A stretch of DNA of 64,000 bases from contig OZ316891.1 in the NCBI GenBank assembly GCA_973895155.1, positions 29,065,611 to 29,129,610 of the forward strand, given 5' to 3'. Origin of the DNA: Marsupella aquatica. Taxonomy: Eukaryota > Plantae > Marchantiophyta. Below the pieces are notes generated by a model, which did no database searches, was not told the DNA's origin, and saw nothing but the letters and a program-made list of their open reading frames with translations. Shown piece after piece: positions 36,181 to 47,482 of this stretch (positions are counted from its first letter, which is position 1; the number at the start of each line of letters is the position of its first letter). The position numbers and the translations under genes are program-made.

Positions 36181-39108
36181 CGCCCTTCTTCATTCCACCC
36201 TACATTGCAGCAAGCGTGGCTTCATCTGTAACCCATACTTAGCTATTTCTTCTGCAAATACGACATTACATATTTCCATCTAGATATTTATGGGTAACTT
36301 CACAACAGCTCCTTCTGCTCCGCAACCTAAGTCGATATTAAACGTTACATAGCTTCGTTTCTCAATTAATCACCCCAGCTCATATCTCAGCAACAAAGGA
36401 TCCTGTTTACACTAAATACCCCAAATATGCATGCTGTCTTCTGCCACTCCAGTGTAATGAGGCCATGTTTGTTAGGATTGCCAGGCTGAAGTCGGTAACA
36501 TTAATTTGCCAGCGATGACATTATTCCCTGCGTCGATGCAACGCGTTGCCGAATCCCCATATTAGCGTTCTGGTCGGTGCCGGGGTCGATTCGAAGCTAT
36601 GGAGTCCTGCTCACATTGCCTGGGTTCAGCGGGTTGGAACCAAGAAAAGCTGCGGCCGGTCTGCGAAGTCCCTGAATTCCGGCTGTAAAGGACGCGAGCG
36701 CATCCCATCCGACTTCCAGCTGCGATGAAGCAAACGTTCGGGCAACTAGTAAGAACAAAGCCACCTGCCAGTCAAATCAAATCATTGACTCAATGCCAAT
36801 TCAAGGTACAATGTAGAAGAAGATGAACATTTAGTAGGGTACACAGAGCAACAGGAAGATATTCTACCCGGTGAACAATTAATTATGATCGTCATGAGAT
36901 CGAGCTCATTGTTTCAGAGCTCGCTCTATGGTACGCTACATAACGGACTCTTAAAAATCAATTCTCATTTAAAATTCTCTAGAAAAAGTTAGTATGGCGG
37001 GGAATTCTCCAACATTTCTATCTTTTGAAGTCGATCATAAGATATTCCCATGATCAGAAGTCTAAAATCATGGGCTACTAGATTAAAGACATGTGGAAAA
37101 GTTGTACAACATTCCTCTAAGTATCTGCCGGCCTCCTAGAGGACATGGGCTTTGTAAAATCAGAGTCCTAAAAGAGAGCTAAAAACTAACAGAAACTGGA
37201 TGACTACAAGTTCTCAAGACAACCCTCATGATCTTCTCGGAAATCTGGTGCCCAACACAACTCGGACTTCACTCCAATCTTACTACCGGTTTGCACGTCG
37301 AAGGGCCTCGGGATACGGAGATTCAAAGATTTGGCACTAGTCGGTTATTGCTCAACTTTGCAGTCCACCCTGATCACACCGCTACATTCTTCCATGGCAA
37401 TCCTCCCTTTCAAGGCGACATCTACGAAGATTCTTTGATCACTGGCATGGGATGACCTGATTCGATGCAGGAGTCGACACTTAGAGATTCAAACAGTACA
37501 GATGACTACTTCCATGCAGTCAAGCACCAACCACCTGTGTTTCATCCATCTCTCTTTCCTGGCGACATTGAATGACAACAGGCATTCGGTAATTGCATAT
37601 CGCTTCATTGGTCGCGCACCTGATTGAACATTTTCCCTTCTACAGTCATGTCCCACAGCCCGCTGCTGGACCAGTCCGGGAGACAAGGCCCCACTTCTTC
37701 TCTCCTACTGTACAAACCTCCACAAATCGATCCAGTGAGGATACATTCTGTTCCAAGGAATCTCAAAGAATGTTGCTCTTCACCTGCAGTAAGGCTGCGC
37801 TGGGTTCATGACTTCACCTGCAGCCGTTTGCTTGGCACTCATCCCTGCACTCTTTTTCGCCCTTCCCAGCTCTCATCACGCAGCCACCAGATGCGCACTC
37901 AGGGCTCAGGCAGCACAGTCCCAGGAACTTTTAACAATATTCCGAACAGCGCCCGTTATCAGGCTGCGATGAAGCCAGTCATTCACATTTGAGTAATAAA
38001 GTATCAATTTCCTAAAAGGGGCCAGGCAAAGTACACTGGAGTAAAAGCAAAATAGGTCCAGAGGACAGACACGAAACACATTCTTCTTTTCATCGACCTA
38101 CAGAATCGAACCTACGGCTGTTCGCCAAGTATTCATAGCAAAGGCACATCGCCAGCAAACTTGTCGCGCATCGATCATCTAGCACAACGATCATCTAGCA
38201 CAATCAGCAACGTGATGTGCGGCTGGCTCACTCTCGAAAAGATTTGGCCCACACCTCCATCTATCATCAGGACTAGACGAGGGGAGCATCACATCATTTG
38301 CTAAGATATGTCGAGTTGTAGGCTCTACGGATGAGTTATTTACTTTACACTCTCCGAAACAGTCCTTTGTGCCGCTGCCGCTCAATCACCTCGAATATCG
38401 AATAAAGCGCAGGTCCAAATGCTTGCTCAGTAATTTGTATAACGGTCAGAAACATGAAGAGAGATTCAATTTTCAGACGATTATTTCCTAGTAGTGTGTT
38501 TGTCTCCAAACACAGTCCAATCCCAAAACATTTATGTGACCGAGGACGTCGAGACAATTCCAATTTAACCGTTGAGATCCGCCATTCTCTCGATCTCTGC
38601 CGGTTGAGCAGAATGATGAGCTGCTCCGAAGCATAGGTTAGTACACCGGCTCACATGCATATCGGAGGGCACTGTCACTATCACTAAAACATGCGTATCA
38701 TCCATCGCTCATCTCCCGTACCGGTTGTCACAATCGGTCCACTCCTCTCTCCGTCCCTTTTCCCCACGTAGAATGCTGACGTTATTCGACAAAGAGAAAC
38801 AATCCCGATTGGGCGCTTGACTATGAAGGTTGGTATTGATAGTCAATCTCTGGCTAGCTAGTCGACTCTTGCTAGTCGGCAGTCCAGTGCAGTCCTTTCC
38901 TTCTAGAAACAGCGCGCAGCCAGCTCGTAGTCAATACCGTGCAACAACCCAAATAATTGGTTCATTGGTTTCTGTTTGACGAGTTTTATCATGGACGGAC
39001 CTATGTAGAGCTCACTGAATGAACATGTCTACGATCAGTGATTCGTCATGACAAAGCAACAGCCAGAAGAACTTGGATCCGCTTGTGGTTGCCTTTGGAA
39101 ATACAATA

Positions 39109-40089
39109 TCTACATCTATAATATGCAATGCCGCCAAAAAGTAATTTCGTCTGCTTACAAAATCGACATTTCTGTCTTGCTTCCGCCTTGACATTTTCAC
39201 TCGCTTTGACATTCTTGCCTTGCCTTGACATCTTTCCTTTGCCTCTACATCCTTGCCTCGCCTCAAATTCTTGGGCATTGGGCTATCACACAATAAGGGA
39301 TCCCGTCCATTTATGGGCATCATCTGCTTACAGTCACAAGAATGGGCCAGATTCAACCTCAACCATTGGATGGAAAAGAAGTTTTTTGTTGGCCCTTGAT
39401 CTGCAAAACTCTATTAATAGCTCTGGATACTACCTCTAACTCCCTTTCAGTATGTTGGATTTCTCCCACTTTGCCTTTTGTGTCTGTCTTTTCGCTTTTA
39501 TTTCCTTTAATTTATTTCTGAACATTGCCTTAATTTCTCTGGAATTATTTGTCTTTTGCCTTGCTTTGACCTCGCTTGACATCTTTGCCTCTCCTCAACA
39601 TCTTGCCCTTGCCTCAACATCTTTGCCTCTCCCTGGCATTTGGCCCTTGCCTCAACATCTTGCCCTCATCTAAACATTTTTGCCTCTCCATAAAAAAAAA
39701 ACTTTCTCTCCCCTCGACATCTTCCCCTCGCCTGGACATCTTTGCCTCTCCTCGACATCTGGCTCTCGCCTGGATATCTTTGCATCTCCTCGACATCTTG
39801 CCCTCACCTTGACATCTCCGCATCTCCTTCACATCTTACCCTCTCCTCAAAATCTTTGTCTCTCCTCGACATTTTGCCCTTGCCTCAACGTCTTGCCCTC
39901 ACTTCAGAATCTTGCCCTCACCTCGACATCCAGCCCTCACTCAGAATCTTGCCCTTACCTCGATGTCTTGCCCTCACCTTGAAATCTTGCCCTCACCTTG
40001 ACATCTTGCCCTCAGTCAAAATTTTGCCCTCATGTCAACATCTTGACCTCATTCAACATCTTTTGTGCAACGCACGGGCATGGGGCTAG
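39109..40089 (+). mobile_element. Non-autonomous Helitron (~980 bp) with internal ~20-bp minisatellite
   Basis: 5' A|TCTACATCTATAATA; 3' TTTGTGCAACGCACGGG hairpin followed by CATGGGG and CTAG|T, i.e. an AT target with no TSD. Internal degenerate ctcgacatct(t)tgccctcac repeats at 39160-39270 and 39555-40060. Confidence 0.75.
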
Positions 40090-40099
40090 TTTATATTAT

Positions 40100-40780
40100 A
40101 AAAGCTCAATATCCATGTATTGCACAAAAGATATCGTGACAACCAAGATGTAGTTAAAAGAAAAGATATCATGTCACCGAAGATATAATTGTAGTTGTCT
40201 TGGAAATAAAATGTTTATAACAAAAAAGCTCAATACTCGTACATACCATTGCATTGTACAAAAAATGTCGCGACACCCAAGATGTCGTGAAGAGAAAAAA
40301 TATCATGTCACCCAAGATGTCATTAAGAAAAAAGTTGTTGTTAAGAAAAAATATGTCATATCACGATGTAGTTGAGACAAAAGATGTCACTACACCCAAG
40401 AGAAAGAGAAAATATGTTGTTAAGTACAAAATAATCCATAAGTAAAGTGATGAACTTGTTAGTCATAGATGTTGCCAAGTCTCCATTGCACAAAAGATGT
40501 TATTGTGTAAATAGGTCATTGCATTTACAATATTGCTAAATAAAAGATACCGTTAAGTAAAATATGTGGTTGCTAGAAAGATGTCATTGCGCAAAAGATA
40601 TAGTTTACTAAAACATATTGTTCGGCAAAAGACATCAATCCGTAATAGATGACGTTATGCTAAAGATGTAGTTGGAAAATATCATGATTCAAAATATATC
40701 TTTATTAGAAAGATCTCATTGGGTACCAAAAACACTGCCAAGTGAAAGATGTCATGACACAAAGAGAGGTGACAACCACC
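40100..40780 (-). mobile_element. Degenerate opposite-orientation Helitron 3' regions (two decayed termini at ~40102 and ~40227)
   Basis: agctcaata.cc.tg..ttgcacaaaagat.tcgtg.c..ccaagatgt is the reverse complement of the Helitron end at 54790-54854; AAGATGTC repeats continue to ~40760. Confidence 0.6.
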
Positions 40781-40906
40781 ACCAAAGTACAACAAAATGA
40801 GAATGATTTTAAAAATTGTTTCTATAATTTATATATTTTGAAACCTTCCTTCCTTTTCACTATTTTTCTTGTCTTGTCTTTGTCTCATTGATAGATTGTG
40901 CACTAG

Positions 40907-41026
40907 TTTTTTATTATGTAAAATATTTGTCATTAAACTCCTCTCATGATACAATACATCACTTCAATTTTTTATTATGTAAAATATTTGTCATTAAACT
41001 CCTCTCATGATACAATACATCACTTC
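40907..41026. repeat. ~60-bp near-perfect tandem duplication
   Basis: ttttttattatgtaaaatatttgtcattaaactcctctcatgatacaatacatcactt x2. Confidence 0.92.
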
Positions 41027-43885
41027 TTTTGCATGGATGATATGGCATGAGGCATAGTATGGCATGGATGGTAGAGGGAGGAGCACTTTGTATGCATGAT
41101 TGACATGGATGGTAAATGGAGGAGCATGGGGTAGCATGGATGGTCAAGGGGAAGACTTTGTATTTTTCTTGTTTGAAAAAACCTGTTCACACAAAATATA
41201 ATTATTTTCTCTTATTATTTTCTTTTTTTCAGTTACTTTTTCTTTCACTCAAAAAACATCTCCATATTTGAATGACTACCACTTCAAAAAATGGCGCAAC
41301 TTTGTATTATAAGAGTTAATGAAAGTAGCTAAAAGGTCGTCAGCAAAGATTTTCTTTACTTTGTGGACAGATTATTGGCATCTCTTTTCCCCCTTTCACT
41401 CAATATACATCAGAGTACTTTACTACATTATTAAATTCTCTTGTCCTTCCTTCCTTCCAAAGCTCAGACCTCTTCCTCATGATAGAAATACTCATCACCA
41501 ATCCGTCTATGGGACCATGGCTGTTCTCAATGGACTTGAGTAGAATTAGAGTACTAACCGTATTTCAAGATCATCATAAAAATGTCGGTTGAGTTGTCCA
41601 TAATTACCATCCAGGCTGTTTGCATTTTGTGATGGCAAACGGGTAATTCTAGTATTCTACTGAGACAGGACCTGGCTGGCATTACATTACAGTAGTTTGG
41701 CACTTCAGCTTCTCTACAGTACTACCGCCAGGTTTAAGAGCCCTACATTCATGTGGGCCCACCCAACCAATCTCTCGTCCTTCAGCATTTAAGGCATTTG
41801 GAACTGATGCAAATTAATTAATGACATAAGAGCTTGGTACGGTTGTCCAGGCCTGAGTGTATTTTCCCAGCCAATAGGGGCATCAAACTTAGCTTTTAGT
41901 CAAGCCAAGAATTCACGATGTGGCAGACCCAAAATGTTGCAGTACACCAACTTTGGAGGGATATATTTAGTGTACCTCGAAAGTTAATTTACTTAAACCA
42001 CAGCTGCCAATATAAAAGGGCCATTGGTTTGCCCATCTCGTCATTCTTCACTGCCCTGATGTATAGTGATCCCCGGTGAATAGCTTCTTGACCCAACAAG
42101 TTTTTCGCTTTTCTCTCCAGCGCTGGGTGGTGAGTGAAATGCACACATGTGACGAAGCCTGTGTGTGTGCCCATCTCTCTCCCTTGTCGCCTATCTCACA
42201 ACTATGTCATTGAGAACAATTCCACGGCAACGGCGCCAAAAACAGGACCACACTTATGTCACCTGCTTATCCAACAATTTACATGACAAATATATACATT
42301 TGTTACTAAAATTGTTTGTTATTGTATGACGAGAACGTGGAGAGACGTTATTCGAATTATATTGCACATAGGATAAATATGTTTATTTCTGCTCCTATAA
42401 ATGTAATTTTTGATCAACTCTATTGATTAGCTTCTCTGCTTTTAATCAAGTCCCTTGAACTACACCACACTCACTCCTGGTTGCTGGTGGAGTGCTGTCA
42501 CCACCCCTCCTACTCACATGGTCGATTGATCCATGCAAGGATTCCTTAAACTTCTTGGGGAAAGAACACAATTTATCATGATACATAAAAGATAACGTCA
42601 CACCAAAACTTCAAAAATCAAACCAAATCCATATCTTTTGGTGAACAATCATAACATATTGCAAGGACAACCTGGCCTCCTATCGTCTGCCCAACTCCAG
42701 CCTCATGGGGATAAGTGCTTCATCTCTACCTCACTACTCTGGCTTGATTCCCTTTTCTAGCTATGAGATTCATAACTTCCCTAATCAAAACTAGACTGAG
42801 TTCCCCCCCCCCCCGATTCACTACAGGGATCCCCCTAAATACTCTCAACCACACCAAAGCACACAAACCCTACAAGGGTGAGACAACCACTACCCTGGTG
42901 GTGCCGCTAACCTCTAAACCTAACATGCGGCACACACATGTATCACCAACCTATCCTATCCTAAGGGAGGCCGATGGTGCCTTCGACGGTGCCCACTATC
43001 ACTCCGTTAAACAAGGACTCACTTGAGTCCACCACCTCCTATCCTATCTATCTACCTTGCCTACCAACTTCAATCCTCCTGATCGCCACCACCGGTCTGC
43101 CATAAAAGTAGGGGCCCCTAAACTTGTTGAAACTAAAATCTTCTCAGAATTCACTTCTGAAAGAATATCTGAGGACCCCTTTGCTTCCTGATTATGGCTC
43201 CGTAAACAACGCACAAAACGAAGGTCAAACGACCAAGATATGATCATTTAAGTTTTTACGGGGCATCGGCCCCTCCGTTTCGTCCGTACAACACCAGGGG
43301 TCCCGACTTCTCCCACAACAAGGGTCCCTGGCTTTGCTGCTGTCATCTCCACTTCTAGAAACAATTGGAGTCCCCGGCTACAGGATGTACTGACGTCCGT
43401 ACGGCTATGACGTCCAGAAATTATTGTCAAAATGTAATCTAACGTATCTTTACCATCGTAACTCCGTTTTGGTCGTGTGACATGTCGTTGGATTCAGCTC
43501 AATGAGCTCTTTCAAACAAGCCCATAAACTCCTAACTTTGAGATGGTTGAAAATATGATATATGAATGGTCTAATCTAGAAATCCATATTCATTTTTTGA
43601 GCAAAGTCCGATACTCATCCCGATACTCGTATCTCACTCCGGATTTGAACCATGAAAGTTCCGACCAAATTCCAATTCTTCCAGTTTTTGGTTATTTACC
43701 ATAACTTTTTTACATCACAGTCGATAAGAAGTTACCACATAATTTGTGAAACTTACCTCACAGTTACCTCTACAATAGACCATAGTAACCACACACATGC
43801 ATAGTCGATCAACACGCTGTTGTCGCAACCGCAATGTGCAGTCCAATAAAATTATCATGAAAACTCCGGACGACAAAATCTTGTC

Positions 43886-44308
43886 GGCAATATCAACATC
43901 AGATAAATTTATCGCATAAATTCCACAACTGCAAATATCCATATGAAGAAAAATCAATTTTGCAATACCAACATGAGATAAATTTATCTCTTAAATTCCA
44001 AAACTGCAAACATCCATATGAAGAAAATCAATTTTGCAATACCAACATGAGATAAATTTATCTCTTAAATTCCAAAACTGTAAACATACACATGAAGAAA
44101 ATCCATTTTGGAATAAACATGAGATAAATTTATCTCTTAAATTCCAAAATTGCAAACATGCATATGAAAAAAAATCTATTTTGCAATACCAACATGAGAT
44201 AAATTTATCTCAGATTAAATTCCAAAATTGCAAACATCTATATGAAGAAAATATATTTTGCAATACCAACATCGATAGATTTATCCCTCAAATTTCAAAA
44301 CTACAGAA
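43886..44308. repeat. 74-bp minisatellite, about 5.5 copies, each carrying the palindrome GAGATAAATTTATCTC
   Basis: Unit aaatttatctcttaaattccaaaactgcaaacatccatatgaagaaaatcaattttgcaataccaacatgagat. Confidence 0.92.
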
Positions 44309-44525
44309 TTCTGCCAGGATGCACATCTAAGAGTCAAATTCGATATCCAAGGAAATATACCCTTCTTTGCTATTTTATCATTTAGCAAGATTGCGACATC
44401 ATAGGATAAGATGAGTCGCAGAAAAACACTCAAGAATAATACTAGTTAGTTGGGTGTGAGAAGTTTATTGCACTTCGCATTCACCTAGAATGACTCGACT
44501 CTATCACAAACCAAACTTTGGATTA

Positions 44526-44931
44526 GAATGAGGCGACTCCAATAAATTTATAGAATGAAGACTTTGTGTGGATCCAGCGCAGGAATGCGCACTCCGATAA
44601 TTTTATCGGATGTTCTTTGAAAATCATCTTCAATCCATCAGAGGAATGAAGCCTCCGATAAATTCATCGAAGTCTCAAATAATCCTCAATCCGGCATAAG
44701 AATGAAGACTCCGATAAATTTATTGGACTCTAAGAAAACCTTGAATCCAATCTATGAATGCGCACTCCGATAATTTTATTGCATGTTCAGATTCAAACAT
44801 ATTCAATGCATCAGAGGAATGCGATAAATTTATCGCAGTCCGCTCGAATTAGGGCATTAACACCAAATTACAAGTAAACCTTACGTAGATGATACTCAAA
44901 CTGGAATGGAAGTTCCAATAAATTTATCGAG
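44526..44931. repeat. Degenerate ~56-61-bp repeat array with core GAATGnnnnCTCCGATAAATTTATCG
   Basis: Units start at ~44526, 44583, 44644, 44700, 44756, 44817 and 44904; units 2 and 5 share their variable halves (higher-order repeat). Confidence 0.8.
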
Positions 44932-45360
44932 TTTTCTTGAGAAAGAATCAAATGTCATGGAGGAATGTAAGACTTGATAGGAGTTAAGTATTCATTCTGA
45001 GAGAGGTGTTGTTTTCTCTAGAGAAAATAAACCTTTTATGGGCAGGCTGCTCCTCTTTATATATAGGGAACGCTCTAACCATGGCTATTTTCCCCTTTAA
45101 CCATGGTTAAGTTTGCACTAAATTGGATTAGTGCATGGTCGACCCTCGATTATGTGGTTGGGACCAAGTTACTCATAGTTTGGACTATTTTACGTTCCAA
45201 ATGTAAAACCCGATGCACGTATCGCTCCCTGCATTCCTGCAGTGATGCAATGTAGGCAACTGATGTTTTTTTGATTTTGAGGTAGTTTTATCGGAGTTTG
45301 CATTGCCTTAGAAAAAAACGGATTGGGCTTCTCGGTCACACTTCTCGATCGGTCCAAAAT

Positions 45361-45609
45361 CGTGTTGTCATTTCATTGATTCAAAGGGAAGACTTAAGAA
45401 TTTTCTGAGAAGAACAATAGGGTCTTTTAAATCAAAATTTGAAAGTTATAAGAACATTAGGGTCCTTATAACCATTTTTGGGAATATTCCAAGAATATTC
45501 AAACTTTATAGGGGTTGAAAAATAAACTTTTTTTCTTACATTTTAGGGGGTCCGAGGCCTATAAACATTGCAGGTGATGGGGAGGCATCCATATAGTGAG
45601 ACCCCCGAG
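45361..45609. mobile_element. Transposon terminal region, copy 1 (CACTA-like end lacking the last 6 bp)
   Basis: Direct repeat of 47217-47476, ending ...CATCCATATAGTGAGACCCCCGAG. Confidence 0.55.
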
Positions 45610-47216
45610 AGTCTGTACACATGTTGAATGCAAGCACAACAGGGAAAGGGTTTAGCGTTTAGGTATGGGTGGGAACCCAACAAGTGAGAAAAAGGGAAGG
45701 AAGAAAGTGTGGGGGCCACGGAGTGAGGAAGGGAAAATGTGGGAGCCCCTTTATTCTAACGACCCTCCCACCATCACTACTGCAAGATTTGAGTCTAGTT
45801 TTGCAGTTTTACGGACACTATTTGATATAGACCTAAAATCAACTAGGGAACCCCAGTTTCACATGGGGCTCATTCAGGGCTTCAAAATTAATCCAAACAT
45901 GACCATGTTTGGAATAGTACTAGTGCAACAATGTCTGTTTTAAGTTTTATCGTTTTCTATATTTTGGTCATTCTTCCAGTTTTGCGCCTTATGTGGAGCC
46001 TTCGGCTAGCCCCTGCCCATCCGAGATGCCCACACCTTGGCCTCCAAGTCCTTGGGCTGCCTTTTGGCCTCCTTGTAGCCCCTCAATGGCTCCATTGTCA
46101 TCCATCACCGCCCGACACCCCTCTCAACTCCGGCCTCTAGTTTCCGCATCAATTTATTAGAACTAACAAAAATAAAAAAATTGAAAATCCAGACACTTTT
46201 GCTACACCTACTTGTCTTTCTACTTATGTACGCAATTATAAGTCATCACTAAGTTACTACCGGGTTTGGGCCATGTCACATTAGTCCATAGATACGTACA
46301 ATTGTCTGCTCCTTCCAACTTGTGATACGACCCACTAATACTTGTGAATGAGAGGGTCTATTGCAAACAACTGTTTTCACTGCTCAATGTTCACAAACCT
46401 TACAAACATGTCTTCCTTGGGTAGTGCAAGACTTTCAGTCTGCTTCATGCAATTTGTGCTCAAATTAATTACCCGACCAACAGATATTGTGATGGCTGGA
46501 CGGATGGTTCTGGAAGTACATTTGTTGTTGGGGACTATTGTGGTCGTTTCATTCTTAAGCTTGGGATTGAGAACCAGAAGCTAGGAATTTGTTTCCACAT
46601 CTGATAAGACATACGCTGACTTGATCATTTCAAAACAAGCAAGTCAAGCTGGTCCTAACAAAGGTGCTGGGAAAAATATTAAGGATAAACTGCACTTTGG
46701 TCTAAATTTTGACTCCAAAGAAGAAGAACTCAAGCGGACATCGGTGATGCAAACTTTAAGGGATTGAGGACAAGATGGGGATAATGTAGATGAGGAGAAG
46801 GATGGGGAGGATTCAGTCTACGGAGAAATTGAAGCTTCAGATTCTTCTGAGTTTAGGGTTTATATTAGATTTTATTTTGTTCCTTCTCTATCATTGCATT
46901 TTGAAGAACTACTTATTGGTGCCACCAACTCTTGCGGGTCAGAATTCTCAAGGAAAGTCATTCTTAATAACCTTGAGAAACCGTCTGTGTTGCCTCCCTA
47001 TGCCAAATATACTGTTTGTAAAGAAGGCAATAGGAGAACACTTACTTCCAGAGAGAATACAGGATGACGGTTGAGAAGAGGTAAGTTCAAGTCTCAAGTT
47101 TATGCGTGATCCTTTTGTTGACATTATGGCTCAAAATGAATTTGTTGATGATGAAGCAAAGTCTACGGATAGATTTGAGAGTAATGAGCTCGGCTTCCAC
47201 AAAAATGGCACATCAC

Positions 47217-47482
47217 GTGTGACATGTCATTTAAATATTGGTTCAAAGGGAAGGCTTAAGAATTTTCTGAGAAGAACAATAGGGTTTTTTAAATCAAATT
47301 TTGAGACTTATAAGAAAATTAGGGTCCTTAATTATAACCAAAATTTTGGAATATTCCAAGAATATTCCAACTTTATAGGGGTTGAAAAATAAATATTTTT
47401 TCTTATATTTTAGGGGGTCCGAGACCTAAAAACGTCGCAGGTGATGGGGAGGCATCCATATAGTGAGACCCCCGAGGTAGTG
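47217..47482. mobile_element. Transposon terminal region, copy 2, ending in a CACTA-type terminus
   Basis: Ends GAGACCCCCGAGGTAGTG (reverse complement CACTACCTCGGGGGTCTC). A related decayed end in the opposite orientation lies at ~2305 (GCTACCTCGATCGGGGTCTCAC). Confidence 0.55.

Noticed and set aside
39452-40445. Repetitive ORFs (LDIFASP..., KMSRR...)
   Set aside because: Translations of the Helitron minisatellite
44526-44931. CRISPR-like repeat-spacer appearance (palindromic ~28-bp core with variable ~30-bp spacers)
   Set aside because: The repeats are degenerate, the spacers are related to each other (units 2 and 5; shared AATCC), there are no cas genes, and the context is a eukaryotic TE region. 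It is a decayed minisatellite.
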